Assembly (NCBI GenBank): GCA_963598795.1
Contig: CAVBUY010000001.1
Span: 90,534-154,533 of the forward strand
Direction: 5' to 3'
DNA length: 64,000 bases
Source: Alistipes shahii
GTDB taxonomy: Bacteria > Bacillota_I > Bacilli_A > RFN20 > CAG-826
The notes beneath the pieces are model-generated. The model had not been told where the DNA came from, did not search any database, and saw only the letters and a list, made by a program, of their open reading frames with translations. How positions within the stretch are numbered: the first letter of the stretch is position 1; every line of letters begins with the position of its first letter. A program made the position numbers and the translations under genes. Below are positions 38,340 to 48,896 of the stretch, in pieces.

Positions 38340-40729
38340 TATTCCTTTTTCTCCGCAACGGTTGTTTCTTCGCCACTTTCTGGATCTTTTTTGACCAAGC
38401 GAACGTTCATTAAATTAAAGGCGATGTCGACGGACCCTTTTTCGTTTTGTTCATTGAACAATTGATAGCCTTCGTTGACGTAGTCTTGCAAAGGGTTTCT
38501 CTGAGCGTAGGAACGAAGGCCGATACCCTCGCGCAAATGAGCCATGGTATCGATATGTTTCTGCCAGTTGCGGTCAATGACGGAAAGCAAAATCTGCCTT
38601 TCGATGCTATCGGCCGCGGAGTTGGGCCACGTTTTTCTCTTATTGAGGTAGGCGTTATATAAAAGCTCGCCCAAATCATATCCGGCTTCTTCATATGGCG
38701 CGCCATCGAAAGCCGAGACGTTCAAGCTTCCTTCCGGCAAGAACTTAGGTTCAACCAAAGCCTTTAGGGAAGAACCTAATATCAAGCCTTCCTGACCATT
38801 TGGATCTTCGGCTTTCCTAGCTAAGAACATACCGGTTGTCTTGAAGGCGTCATGCACCAAATCAACCACGTCTTCGGCATATAAAATTATGTCGCGCTTA
38901 TCGTAGGTAATCTGACGTTGTTTGGCTAAGACGTCGTCATAGTCTTTGAGGTTTTTGCGAATGTCGAAGTTCTTGCCTTCGATTTGCTTTTGGGCATTCG
39001 TGACGGCATTGGCGAGCATCCTGTTCTCATATGCCTCGTCTTGGAGGTTATTAGCAAACATCGTACGGATGTTTTCAGGGGCGAAACGCCTCATCAGATC
39101 ATCGTCAAAGGAGATGAAGAAACGAGAATATCCGGGATCGCCTTGACGTCCCGCACGACCACGAAGCTGGTTGTCGATACGACGGGATTCGTGACGTTCA
39201 GTTCCAAAGACGCACAATCCTCCGAGAGCCCTGGTTTCATCAGTTAACTTGATGTCCGTACCACGACCAGCCATATTGGTGGCCAAGGTAACGGCTCCTT
39301 TTTCTCCGGCGTGGGAAATGATTTCGGCTTCCCTGGCCTGGTTTTTGGCGTTCAATACTTCATGGGGGACGCCGGCTTCGGTCAATAATTTGGAAATTTC
39401 TTCGTTGGATTCGACCGAAACCGTGCCAATAAGAACAGGTTGGCCTTTTTCGTGTTTTTCTTTGATGGCTTGAACCAAGGCTTTGAGCTTGGCGTCATGC
39501 GTTCCGAAAATTAAGTCTGTGTCATCAACACGGATAACGGGTTTATTTGGAGGAACGCAAACGACTTTCATGTTATAGATGGAGTTGAATTCCTCTTCTT
39601 CGGTCTTGGCGGTTCCGGTCATACCACCGATCTTTTCATACAAACGGAAGAAATTCTGGTAGGTAATGGTGGCCATAACCATGGTTTCCTGTTTGATTTC
39701 GCAGCCTTCTTTGGCTTGGATGGCTTGTTGTAAACCGTCGTTATATTCACGACCCGGCATGATACGGCCGGTAAATTGGTCGATTAGCTGGATTGTATGG
39801 TCTTTATCAACCATGTATTCAACGTCTCTGGCCATGATGTAGTTGGCTTTCAAAGCTTGGTGGATTCTATGCACCAAGTCTTGGTTTTCGGGATCGTAAA
39901 GGTTGCGGATACCGAACATTTTTTCGGCTTTTTCATTTCCGGATTCCGTCAAAGCGCAGGTCTTGTCTTTGATGTCTATTTCGTAATCGACGTTCTTTTT
40001 CAGATATTTGACGAAACGATCGGCGACCTGATATTGGGAAGCTGGGGCTCTGGAGCCGCCAGAGATAATAAGAGGAGTGCGGGATTCATCGATAAGGATG
40101 GAGTCGGCTTCGTCAACGACGCAGAAATACAAACCGCGAAGGACTCGTCTATCCAAGCTCGGACACATATTGTCGCGAAGATAGTCGAAACCGAGTTCAG
40201 AGTTCGTGGTATAGGTAATATCGCAAGCATAGGCCGCTTTCTTTTCGGCGGATGACTTAGCGGCGGTATTGACACCAACCGTCAATCCGAGGAAACGATA
40301 AATCTGGCCCATCCATTCCGCGTCACGGGTGGCTAAGTATTCGTTAACGGTGATGACATGCACGCCTTTTCCGGTCAAAGCATTCAAATATACGGCCATG
40401 GTGGCGGTCAAAGTCTTACCTTCACCGGTACGCATCTCGGCAATATCGCCATTGTTTAGAATCAAAGAGCCCATTACCTGAACTTTGAAGGGCTTTTGCT
40501 TCAAGACACGATAAGCCGCTTCGCGAGCAACCGCAAAGGCTTCGTATTTGATCGATTCCAAGGTGGCTCCGTTTTTCAAAGCCTCTTGGAATTCGTGCGT
40601 TTTTCCAACCAATTCTTCATCGCTCAATTTCGATATTTGCTCTTCCAAAACCAAAACGTGTTCGGCTTCTCTGGCATATTTATCGACTTCACGCTTGTCA
40701 AACTTAAAGATTTTATCGAGTATTCCCAT
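38339..40729 (-). CDS. secA: Preprotein translocase ATPase SecA
   Basis: MGILDKIFKFDKRE… N-terminus with GGAGGT SD. DEAD-like motor, PPXD, and a C-terminal scaffold domain without the Zn-finger tail. Stop overlaps the prfB start (TAATG). Confidence 0.95.
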   Translation of the reverse strand: MGILDKIFKFDKREVDKYAREAEHVLVLEEQISKLSDEELVGKTHEFQEALKNGATLESIKYEAFAVAREAAYRVLKQKPFKVQVMGSLILNNGDIAEMRTGEGKTLTATMAVYLNALTGKGVHVITVNEYLATRDAEWMGQIYRFLGLTVGVNTAAKSSAEKKAAYACDITYTTNSELGFDYLRDNMCPSLDRRVLRGLYFCVVDEADSILIDESRTPLIISGGSRAPASQYQVADRFVKYLKKNVDYEIDIKDKTCALTESGNEKAEKMFGIRNLYDPENQDLVHRIHQALKANYIMARDVEYMVDKDHTIQLIDQFTGRIMPGREYNDGLQQAIQAKEGCEIKQETMVMATITYQNFFRLYEKIGGMTGTAKTEEEEFNSIYNMKVVCVPPNKPVIRVDDTDLIFGTHDAKLKALVQAIKEKHEKGQPVLIGTVSVESNEEISKLLTEAGVPHEVLNAKNQAREAEIISHAGEKGAVTLATNMAGRGTDIKLTDETRALGGLCVFGTERHESRRIDNQLRGRAGRQGDPGYSRFFISFDDDLMRRFAPENIRTMFANNLQDEAYENRMLANAVTNAQKQIEGKNFDIRKNLKDYDDVLAKQRQITYDKRDIILYAEDVVDLVHDAFKTTGMFLARKAEDPNGQEGLILGSSLKALVEPKFLPEGSLNVSAFDGAPYEEAGYDLGELLYNAYLNKRKTWPNSAADSIERQILLSVIDRNWQKHIDTMAHLREGIGLRSYAQRNPLQDYVNEGYQLFNEQNEKGSVDIAFNLMNVRLVKKDPESGEETTVAEKKE

Positions 40730-40796
40730 ATATATACCTCCGTAGAGTCGCGAATGATTATATATCATTTCATGCGTGTTAGGCAATGCGCATAGG

Positions 40797-41459
40797 CTAA
40801 GTGCGCGTTACGCGAGCCAAAACCAAAACATCAATTCTTGATGGTTTGTGTGTTTTAAGTAGGCTAAGGCACGCCAAGATCGTCGAGCCCGATGTCATGA
40901 CGTCATCAACAAAGAGGATTCGTTTGCCAGAAAGGCCGACATTTTCACGAAGTCTTATTACATTGCCGATTTTCTTTCTTTCTTCAAAATTTAAGTCAGC
41001 CTGCTTGCGATCCTCGGTTTTGACAAGACAATCAAGCATTGGCAAACCCAACAGTTCAAAAATACTCACCACATGATTGAAACCTCTTTTCTCGTCACGT
41101 TCATAATAGCTGGGAGCGGGGACAACAATATGGTTTTTGAACTTTAATTTAAGAAATTTTGCTTTTTGGTTCAAAAAAACCTCCCTCATCTCAAAATCAC
41201 CGCACCCTTTTAAGTAAAATAAGCAATTTCTAAATACTTCGTTATAATCATAAATCCAATAAATATTTATTCCTTTCCATTTTTGATATCTAAATTTCGG
41301 GTTTAAATCATTCTTGCATACATCGCAAAGGCAGCTCTTTTCAGCAAAATCTGAAATTTGAGCCCTTTTAATCGGCGAAAAACACCGTTTACAGACACTT
41401 GTTGCATTGTTTGATACTTTGAATGCATGTATCGATACTTTTTGTCCGTTTTCCCGCAA
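40797..41459 (-). CDS. comFC: Competence protein ComFC (phosphoribosyltransferase-like with N-terminal zinc finger)
   Basis: CKRCFSP…CLCDVCKN zinc finger and PRTase motif ILFVDDVMTSGST. The 5' end overlaps comFA; true start uncertain. Confidence 0.75.
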   Translation of the reverse strand: MRENGQKVSIHAFKVSNNATSVCKRCFSPIKRAQISDFAEKSCLCDVCKNDLNPKFRYQKWKGINIYWIYDYNEVFRNCLFYLKGCGDFEMREVFLNQKAKFLKLKFKNHIVVPAPSYYERDEKRGFNHVVSIFELLGLPMLDCLVKTEDRKQADLNFEERKKIGNVIRLRENVGLSGKRILFVDDVMTSGSTILACLSLLKTHKPSRIDVLVLARVTRT

Positions 41460-42540
41460 AGAAAATCACCTCCCCGCCTGGAGCATCCCATTTTCTTCCT
41501 ACTCTTCCTGATATTTGGACCAAAGTGGCACTATCGTAGATAATTTCGTTATCGGCGTTAAAAACCAAAACTTGTAGGTCTTTAACTGTAATTCCACGCT
41601 CTAATATCGATGTTGTAACTAAATATTTTAATTCGTTTAATTTAAATTTTTTTATTTTAATTTCCCTACTTTTATCCTTGCTGTGGACCGAAGTTCCTCC
41701 TGGCACGAAAATCTTAAGAAACCCATAGAGCTTCTCACACTCTGAAATAGTGGGCGAAAAAACAAAAACCGGCTTATTTTTTGCCAATAACGACCTGAGT
41801 GTGCGTATAAGTCTAAACAGTAGGAAAATTTTAAACCCTAGCACAACTTTCGGAACGGGGATCTCGTGCCGATGGAATCTCGTCTTCAATTCTAAAACCT
41901 CGTGTCCATCCGTTTTAAATTCTTCAATAAGCTCTGGAGACGGGGTCGCAGACATCAAAACAATGCGTCCTTTTAGGGATTTTTCATAAAAAGCGTGTAG
42001 GATATCGCTTCCTTTAAATGGGAAGGCGTCGATCTCATCCATGATAAGCAAATCAAAAAATGAAGGATATCTATATATTTGATGTGTGGTTAAAACAATG
42101 ATGTCGCCAAGCAAATCCTTGGTGTGGCCACCATAAACGGCAATCACTTTATCCGAAGGAAAGGCCTCTTTTAATCGATAATATAACTCAATTACCACAT
42201 CTCTTCTCGGCAAAGCAAAACCGACATTTTTTCCCGCACGCAAGGCATCCGCTATGACGCCATAAACCAATTCGGTTTTCCCGGCCCCGCAAACGGCATA
42301 AATCAAAGTATCTATTCCGTTTTTAAAATTCTCTCTGACTTTATTCGATATTGCTAACTGGTCATCAGATAGCTTAAAGTTCAAGACAATTGGCGAAATA
42401 GAGGGTTTCCTATATTGTTTTGGGGCTTCATCGCCATTAAAGCCAACACAAAGACGGCAATATGGCACTCCTTTTAGATAACCAATATACTGTGGATTAG
42501 AATTTGAGCAGCGAGGGCATAAAAAATCGCTCATACCCAT
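41389..42540 (-). CDS. comFA: Competence helicase ComFA (DEAD-box-like, N-terminal zinc finger)
   Basis: CPRCSN…CRLC zinc finger, Walker A VCGAGKTEL, DEID box, and helicase C-terminal motifs. Confidence 0.75.
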   Translation of the reverse strand: MGMSDFLCPRCSNSNPQYIGYLKGVPYCRLCVGFNGDEAPKQYRKPSISPIVLNFKLSDDQLAISNKVRENFKNGIDTLIYAVCGAGKTELVYGVIADALRAGKNVGFALPRRDVVIELYYRLKEAFPSDKVIAVYGGHTKDLLGDIIVLTTHQIYRYPSFFDLLIMDEIDAFPFKGSDILHAFYEKSLKGRIVLMSATPSPELIEEFKTDGHEVLELKTRFHRHEIPVPKVVLGFKIFLLFRLIRTLRSLLAKNKPVFVFSPTISECEKLYGFLKIFVPGGTSVHSKDKSREIKIKKFKLNELKYLVTTSILERGITVKDLQVLVFNADNEIIYDSATLVQISGRVGRKWDAPGGEVIFFAGKRTKSIDTCIQSIKQCNKCL

Positions 42541-42569
42541 GTATAGACATAAGTTGAGCGAATTTACAT

Positions 42570-43022
42570 TTATTTATCTAATTCAGACAATAAGTTAACG
42601 CGTTTTTCGTGCCTTCCGCCAGCAAACTCGGTATTTAGGAAGATATCAACACGTCTAATGACGTCTTCCGTCTTCATGAATCTTGCCCCAAAACCGATAA
42701 CATTCGCGTTATTGTGTTCTCTTAATAGCCCGGAAACTGTGTCGTCATACCCGATTCCGGCTCTAACGCCGTGGATTTTATTGGCGGCCATCGTAATTCC
42801 TTCGCCTGATCCGCAAACAACGATCCCAAAATCGGTTTCTTTAGAGGCAACGGCTCTGCCTACGGCCGCTCCATATATGGGATAATCGCACGATTCCTCG
42901 CTATTTGTCCCAAAATCAATGACTTGATAGCCTTTTTCTTTGAGGTGTTTGATTATTTCTTCTTTAAGAAGATATCCGCCATGATCGGACCCGATAGCAA
43001 TCTTTTTCATAGTTTCCTCCAT
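42570..43022 (-). CDS. rpiB: Ribose-5-phosphate isomerase B
   Basis: RpiB/LacAB family (MKKIAIGSDHGGY…VVCGSGEGITMAANKI…). Confidence 0.85.
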   Translation of the reverse strand: MEETMKKIAIGSDHGGYLLKEEIIKHLKEKGYQVIDFGTNSEESCDYPIYGAAVGRAVASKETDFGIVVCGSGEGITMAANKIHGVRAGIGYDDTVSGLLREHNNANVIGFGARFMKTEDVIRRVDIFLNTEFAGGRHEKRVNLLSELDK

Positions 43023-43621
43023 AATTCTTTTACGGCTTCAAAACTTACTCCGCCTTCACGGATAAGTTTAATATCATCTTCGGTCAAATCTATAATCGTT
43101 GACGCGTGTAAGGAGTTACATTTTCCTTCAACGATCACATCGACGACGCCATCGAATGTTTTCTTTGTTTCTTCGAAGGTAACGGATGTTGGTTCTCCTG
43201 AAATATTAGCTGAGGTAACCAAGCAAGGTTTCCCTACCATTTCTATCAGATTTCTAACCAATTCCGAATTCGGAACGCGAATCCCTATTATTCCCGTTCC
43301 TAATGTAACATGAGAAGGCAAATCTTGTCGGCTTTTGACTAAAAACGTTATTTCTCCAGGTAAAAATTGCTCAAAAAGCTTCTTTTGCTTTTCATTAAGA
43401 ACAACATAGTCGAAAGCCATATCAATACTAGAACACATCAAAGCGAACGGTTTATCTGGGGAACGATGCTTGGCCTTAACTAAGTCATCGAAGGCTTTCT
43501 TAGAATCGTATATGACTCCTATTCCATATACCGTTTCAGTAGGAAAACATACGATATTCCCTTCTTTTAAGCTCTCCGCGGCTACGTTTAAATCATTTTC
43601 TTTAACGAATTTAGTCATCAT
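43007..43621 (-). CDS. tsaC: L-threonylcarbamoyladenylate synthase (Sua5/YrdC/YwlC short form)
   Basis: YrdC fold (…FPTETVYGIG…KRSPDKPFALM…). Confidence 0.8.
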   Translation of the reverse strand: MMTKFVKENDLNVAAESLKEGNIVCFPTETVYGIGVIYDSKKAFDDLVKAKHRSPDKPFALMCSSIDMAFDYVVLNEKQKKLFEQFLPGEITFLVKSRQDLPSHVTLGTGIIGIRVPNSELVRNLIEMVGKPCLVTSANISGEPTSVTFEETKKTFDGVVDVIVEGKCNSLHASTIIDLTEDDIKLIREGGVSFEAVKELWRKL

Positions 43622-44471
43622 TTTCGTCCTTTAAATACACGAACAAGAATCTATCAAAACCCGAGAGATCTTTGACAAATTCACATTCATAGTCATGCAG
43701 ATATTCTTCCATCAAGCAATTGAGATGGTCAATTAAGTCTGGGGATATCTCAAAAGCCAATAGCAACGCGCCTTTTTTGACTTTATAGACGTTTTTGAAG
43801 ATTTTTTCGTAAACGTCATTCTCTTTGGTAAGCCATAAAGCGGAATCGGGTTCATAGTCGATGACCGATTGCTGAGCGTCTTCCTTATGCAAGATATAAG
43901 GCGGGTTAGAAATCAAAATATCGAACTTTGTGTCTTTTTTGATCCATGGATCCAAAGCGTCGCCGAGTTCCGTTTCAACTTGAATCGAATATCTTTCAAA
44001 GTTCTTTTTGGCGACGTTGAGAGCGGATTCTTTAATATCGGAGGCCGCGCAAACCCAATTGGGAAACAATGATTTAACGCCTAATATTATGGCTCCGCTG
44101 CCGGTGCCGATATCCCCGACCATTAGATAGTTTCTTGGATCAAAATAAGAGGATATCTTTTGCGACAATATCGAAATAAGCTCTTCTGTCTCGTTCCTTG
44201 GGATCAAGACGTTCTTATCAACGTACAAATTCATCCCCAAGAATTGAGATTCATTGATGATATATTCGACCGGTTCGCCTTTTCTTAATCTCTCACATTG
44301 AGACAAGAAAAGAGAAGGGTGCTTCATTTCGTCGTCTTTGTGATATATGACATCTATTTGTTGTTCAAAGCCTTCGTTATGGGCGATTAAGATACGCAAA
44401 TCCGCCGACAAAACATCGTAAGGTTTGCAAAGCTCGTATTGTTCTTTGTATATTTCGCCGATTTTAGGCAT
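43611..44471 (-). CDS. prmC: Release factor glutamine N5-methyltransferase
   Basis: DIGTGSGAI SAM motif and NPPY catalytic motif (ISNPPYI). Lies between prfA and tsaC. Confidence 0.85.
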   Translation of the reverse strand: MPKIGEIYKEQYELCKPYDVLSADLRILIAHNEGFEQQIDVIYHKDDEMKHPSLFLSQCERLRKGEPVEYIINESQFLGMNLYVDKNVLIPRNETEELISILSQKISSYFDPRNYLMVGDIGTGSGAIILGVKSLFPNWVCAASDIKESALNVAKKNFERYSIQVETELGDALDPWIKKDTKFDILISNPPYILHKEDAQQSVIDYEPDSALWLTKENDVYEKIFKNVYKVKKGALLLAFEISPDLIDHLNCLMEEYLHDYECEFVKDLSGFDRFLFVYLKDENDD

Positions 44472-45553
44472 TATCTTTGGCTCTCCTCAAGCAATCTTTG
44501 TTCTTGGTCGAAGTGTATCAAAGCGTTGATGATATCATCCAATTTTCCTTCCATAACGCGATCTAAGGTATTGGTGGTGAAACCAATTCTATGATCTGTG
44601 ACGCGATTCTGGGGATAGTTGTAGGTGCGGATTTTTTCCGAACGTTCGCCGGTCCCAACCTTTAATTTTCTTTCGGAAGCCCTGGCGGAATCTTCCTTTT
44701 CTTGATAATAGGCCTGCACTTTGGCGCGAATCATCCTCATGCAGATTTCTTTGTTTTGAAGTTGGGCCTTTTCGGTTTGGCAAGAAACCACTATTCCTGT
44801 GGGAATATGGGTGACTCTGACCGCGGATTCGGTCTTATTGACGTTCTGTCCGCCCGCTCCTTGGGATCTATAAGTGTCGACCTTCAAATCGGCAGGATTT
44901 ATTTTTACGTCCACTTCTTCTGCTTCCGGCATTACCAAAACCGTGGCGGTAGAGGTATGAATGCGTCCTGAAGCTTCGGTCTTCGGCACGCGTTGAACGC
45001 GATGGGCCCCGGATTCGAATTTAAGTTTGGAATAAACGTTTTCGCCTTTGACCATAAAGGACACGTAAGAATATCCTCCGGCCGTTCCTTCTTCTCCATC
45101 TAAGAATTGAACCTTCCAGCCCTGTTCTTCGGCGTAATGTTGGTACATGCGGAGCAAATCGCCGGCAAAGATGTTGGCTTCGTCTCCTCCAACGGCTCCT
45201 CTAATTTCGACGATGATGTTTTTCGAATCGTTAGGGTCTTGGGGCAAAAGCAACGTTTTTAAGTCGGATTCTAGCTCTTCTATCTTTTTTTCGTCTTCTT
45301 TTCTTTGCTCTCTGGCGAATTCCGAAAGCTCTGGATCGCCAGAATCAATCATCTCGTTGGCGTCTTTGATCTCTTGTTCCAATTTGAGATAAGTCTCATA
45401 TGCTTCATAAGCTTGGCGGAGAGACGCTTGTTCTTTGGATAAATCAGTCAAAGCGTTTATGTTGGAGGAAAAATCCCCTTCGGATAATTCCTTTTCTATT
45501 TCTTCGTATCTCGCCTTGGTCGCGGCAAGCCTTTTTCTCATGCTTTCATCCAT
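44471..45553 (-). CDS. prfA: Peptide chain release factor 1
   Basis: PxT-type recognition motif, GGQ motif (RSQGAGGQNVN). Confidence 0.95.
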   Translation of the reverse strand: MDESMRKRLAATKARYEEIEKELSEGDFSSNINALTDLSKEQASLRQAYEAYETYLKLEQEIKDANEMIDSGDPELSEFAREQRKEDEKKIEELESDLKTLLLPQDPNDSKNIIVEIRGAVGGDEANIFAGDLLRMYQHYAEEQGWKVQFLDGEEGTAGGYSYVSFMVKGENVYSKLKFESGAHRVQRVPKTEASGRIHTSTATVLVMPEAEEVDVKINPADLKVDTYRSQGAGGQNVNKTESAVRVTHIPTGIVVSCQTEKAQLQNKEICMRMIRAKVQAYYQEKEDSARASERKLKVGTGERSEKIRTYNYPQNRVTDHRIGFTTNTLDRVMEGKLDDIINALIHFDQEQRLLEESQR

Positions 45554-45635
45554 AAACGTTTCTCCCGATTGCTGCTAGATTATATCACTTTAAGGCCTAT
45601 TGACCATACGTTCTCACTAGTGAGAATAAAGGATA

Positions 45636-47363
45636 ATGGCTATAATGAACAAAGTTATGTCATATCGCTCCTTATATCTAACATATCGTCCCCAAACCTT
45701 CGAACAGGTCGCGGGGCAAAAGACTATCGTAAGAACGCTTAAAAACGCTTTGAAAAACGACAAAATCGGCCATTCTTATCTTTTTACTGGCCCCAGAGGC
45801 ACCGGAAAGACCACCATGGCCCGCCTTTTTGCCAAGGCCATCAACTGCGAGGAAGGAATCGGGCATCAATGCTGCCAATGCTCAAATTGCGTGGCCATCG
45901 CCGATTCGTCCCATCCTGACGTCATCGAAATAGACGCCGCCTCCAATAACGGGGTTGAGCAAGTCCGAGACTTGATAGACAGAGTTAAATACGCGCCAAT
46001 CAAGGGACGCATGAAAATCTATATCATCGACGAAGTCCATATGATGACACCAGGCGCTTTCAACGCTTTATTGAAGACTTTGGAAGAGCCACCAGAGGAC
46101 GTTGTCTTTATTTTGTGCACCACCGAACCGCAAAAAGTCATCCCAACCATCGTTTCCAGATGCCAAAGATATGATTTTTCCAAGGTTGGCGATGAAGACA
46201 TGAAGAAAAAGCTCATCGAAATCCTCAATGAAGAAAAAGCGGACTATGAAGAAAGCGGAATAGACGAAATCATCGGCCTATCAGACGGCGGGATGCGCGA
46301 CGCATTATCCATTCTCGACCAAGTTTTGGCCTATAGCGACAATTCTTTAAAGCAAAACGACGTCTTGGAACTATTCGGACTAACTTCCGTGGAACAAAAA
46401 ATAAACATCATCGAGGACATAGAAACCGGAAACGTGTCCTCATTGAAGAAAAAGTTCGATTCTTTCGCTTCTGGCGGGGTAGATCTTAAACGATTGGCCA
46501 GCGATTTGATTGCTTTGGGGAAGGATGGCTTGATATACGCCACAACCAAAGACCCGTCATTAATAAAATCGATGAGCGAAGAGCAAGCCGCAAGGTTATT
46601 AAGCTCTGCCTCTACTTCGGAATTGAAGAAAATCACCTATGGTTTGGTGGATATGCAAAACGATTTCCGCTCAGCCTCGGATATTCGTTCATTATTCGAA
46701 TTAAGACTTCTCGGTTTGGCTACTTCGGAAAATAAGGCCGAAGTATCAAAAAACATTCAAAGTGCCGCCCCAACAATAAAGAAGGAAGAGCCGAAGCCTA
46801 TCGAAAAGCCGAAAGAAAACAAAATCCCCTCATTCTTGTTGGAAGACGAACCTCTGTTTGAGGAAAAAACGCCGGAACCGACAAAAAAAGAGCCGAAAAA
46901 CGAAAAGCCAGCATTTGATTTTACTAAGATCGAGAAACCAAATATCGCCACTTCCGGCGAGAAATACCATTTGGAAGACGAGGAAATCTTCAAAATCCAA
47001 TTATTGGCCAACAAAGCCGAAAGGCAAAAGCTCTTGGATGCTTGGGCTGAATTAGCCAAATTCAAAGCCGACCCGAAGATCGGCAACTTAGCCACATTGC
47101 TAAGCCAAGGCAATCCATTCTGCTTATCCAAAGACGTCTTGATATTGAGCTTCGGGTTCTCGAGTCTAAGAGACAAAGCCAACATCAAAGAAAACCAACA
47201 GCCAATACAAGAATTGGTGGCGGAACTATTGGGAAGGAAAGTGTTCGTCTATTCAATAGACGGGGCCGATAGGGTGCGTAGCATCAAATACTACACCAGC
47301 CAAGCCCAATTGGGGTTGTTACCAAGCAAAAAGGACATCGTCCTCAATCTGCCTACTGACTAA
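45636..47363 (+). CDS. dnaX: DNA polymerase III subunit tau/gamma
   Basis: …YRPQTFEQVAGQ…GPRGTGKTT… AAA+ clamp-loader, a Cys4 zinc module, and a low-complexity Lys/Pro/Glu-rich linker. Confidence 0.9.
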   Translation: MAIMNKVMSYRSLYLTYRPQTFEQVAGQKTIVRTLKNALKNDKIGHSYLFTGPRGTGKTTMARLFAKAINCEEGIGHQCCQCSNCVAIADSSHPDVIEIDAASNNGVEQVRDLIDRVKYAPIKGRMKIYIIDEVHMMTPGAFNALLKTLEEPPEDVVFILCTTEPQKVIPTIVSRCQRYDFSKVGDEDMKKKLIEILNEEKADYEESGIDEIIGLSDGGMRDALSILDQVLAYSDNSLKQNDVLELFGLTSVEQKINIIEDIETGNVSSLKKKFDSFASGGVDLKRLASDLIALGKDGLIYATTKDPSLIKSMSEEQAARLLSSASTSELKKITYGLVDMQNDFRSASDIRSLFELRLLGLATSENKAEVSKNIQSAAPTIKKEEPKPIEKPKENKIPSFLLEDEPLFEEKTPEPTKKEPKNEKPAFDFTKIEKPNIATSGEKYHLEDEEIFKIQLLANKAERQKLLDAWAELAKFKADPKIGNLATLLSQGNPFCLSKDVLILSFGFSSLRDKANIKENQQPIQELVAELLGRKVFVYSIDGADRVRSIKYYTSQAQLGLLPSKKDIVLNLPTD

Positions 47364-47374
47364 AGGAGAAACAT

Positions 47375-47680
47375 ATGAACCAAATGCAAGAAATGCTCAT
47401 GCGCGCCCAAAAGATGCAGCGCGAATTAGCCAAAGCCCAAGCGGCATTGGCCGAAACCGAATTTACCGTTAGCAAAGCCGGAATAGTCGAAGTTGTCTTA
47501 AAAGGCGACAAAACCATAAAATCCATCACTTTGGATAAGGACGCCATCGACCCAGAAAACAAGGAAATGATCGAGGAAACAATCGTTATGGCCATAAACG
47601 AAGGCTTAGACAAAATAGCCAAAGAGGAAGAAAAAACCCAAGAAAAGATAACCGGCGTCCGCGGAGGAATGCCTTTCTAA
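47375..47680 (+). CDS. ybaB: Nucleoid-associated protein YbaB/EbfC
   Basis: About 100 aa, MNQMQEMLMRAQKMQREL…, conserved dnaX-ybaB-recR order. Confidence 0.85.
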   Translation: MNQMQEMLMRAQKMQRELAKAQAALAETEFTVSKAGIVEVVLKGDKTIKSITLDKDAIDPENKEMIEETIVMAINEGLDKIAKEEEKTQEKITGVRGGMPF

Positions 47681-48276
47681 TGAAAGAACTTCCGTCGATA
47701 ACCAACTTAACGGAATGCTTTGCCAAATTGCCTGGGGTAGGGGTCAAATCCGCCGAAAGGATGGCATATGCCGTTTTAAGCATGGATAACGACGACAAGG
47801 AAGCCTTTGCCTCCGCTATAAATACGGTTGGGAAAAAAGTGCACCGCTGCCCAATATGCGGTCTATATACCGAAGAAGAAAAATGCGAAATCTGCGGTAG
47901 CAATGACAGAGATAAGTCGATTATCGCCGTCATCGCCGAGCCAAGAGACGCATTGGCTATCGAAAAAACCCAATCTTATAACGGCCTTTATCACGTTCTC
48001 GGCGGATTGATCAGCGCCGGAAAGGGAATAGGGCCTAATGACATTGCTTTGGATTCGCTTCTAGAAAGGGTTAGAAACGGCAATGTCAAAGAAGTGATAA
48101 TCGCCACATCCGCTACGATAGAAGGCCAAACAACCGCCTTGTTCGTAGCTAAAATATTGGAGCCGTTAAACGTGAACGTCACGCGTTTGGCGACTGGATT
48201 GCCGGCTGGAGGTTCGTTGGATTATGCGGACTCATTGACGTTGACGAGGGCCTTTGAGGGGAGGAAAAAGATATGA
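47680..48276 (+). CDS. recR: Recombination protein RecR
   Basis: HhH motif, C4 zinc finger (CPICGLYTEEEKCEIC), Toprim domain. Confidence 0.9.
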   Translation: MKELPSITNLTECFAKLPGVGVKSAERMAYAVLSMDNDDKEAFASAINTVGKKVHRCPICGLYTEEEKCEICGSNDRDKSIIAVIAEPRDALAIEKTQSYNGLYHVLGGLISAGKGIGPNDIALDSLLERVRNGNVKEVIIATSATIEGQTTALFVAKILEPLNVNVTRLATGLPAGGSLDYADSLTLTRAFEGRKKI

Positions 48277-48896
48277 GTTTGTTCGTTACTTTCGAAGGCG
48301 GGGAAGGCTCTGGCAAATCCACCGCGATAAAATCGTTGGTGGAGAAATTGAAACAAGAAGGATTTGACATCCTCTTGACCAGGGAACCGGGCGGAACGCC
48401 AATCTCCGAGCAAATAAGAGAAGTCATATTAAATAAAGAAAACACCAACATGGACCCCATTACCGAGGCTTATTTATATGCAGCCTCAAGACGCCAACAT
48501 GTAATCGAAAAGGTGCGCCCAGCCTTAAAAGAGGGGAAATTGGTGCTTTGCGATCGTTTCTTGGATTCATCCTTAGCCTACCAAGGCGGAGCCAGGGGTT
48601 TGGGCTTTGACATGATCTTGGATATCAACAAACACGCCATAGACGGTCTTTTTCCAGACGTTACCATCTTCTTCGATTTGAAGCCGGAGATAGGCTTAGC
48701 CCGCATAAACGCCAATTCGGGAAGGGAAATAAACAGATTGGACGTAGAGAAAATGGAGTTCCATTTGAAAGTCAGAGAGGCTTTCCTGTCTTTAGCTAAA
48801 ATATATCCGGAACGATATGCCATAATCGACGCTTCAAAATCCCCGGAAGAAGTGGTTGAAGAAGCTTATGATGCCATAAAGGCGAAATTGAAATAA
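48273..48896 (+). CDS. tmk: Thymidylate kinase
   Basis: FEGGEGSGKST P-loop, DRF-like motif (CDRFLDSSLAYQG). Confidence 0.9.
   Translation: MSLFVTFEGGEGSGKSTAIKSLVEKLKQEGFDILLTREPGGTPISEQIREVILNKENTNMDPITEAYLYAASRRQHVIEKVRPALKEGKLVLCDRFLDSSLAYQGGARGLGFDMILDINKHAIDGLFPDVTIFFDLKPEIGLARINANSGREINRLDVEKMEFHLKVREAFLSLAKIYPERYAIIDASKSPEEVVEEAYDAIKAKLK

Noticed and set aside
45554-45635. Expected SRP RNA (ffs) gene upstream of dnaX
   Set aside because: The spacer is only 82 bp, with no SRP domain IV-like sequence; ffs must be elsewhere.
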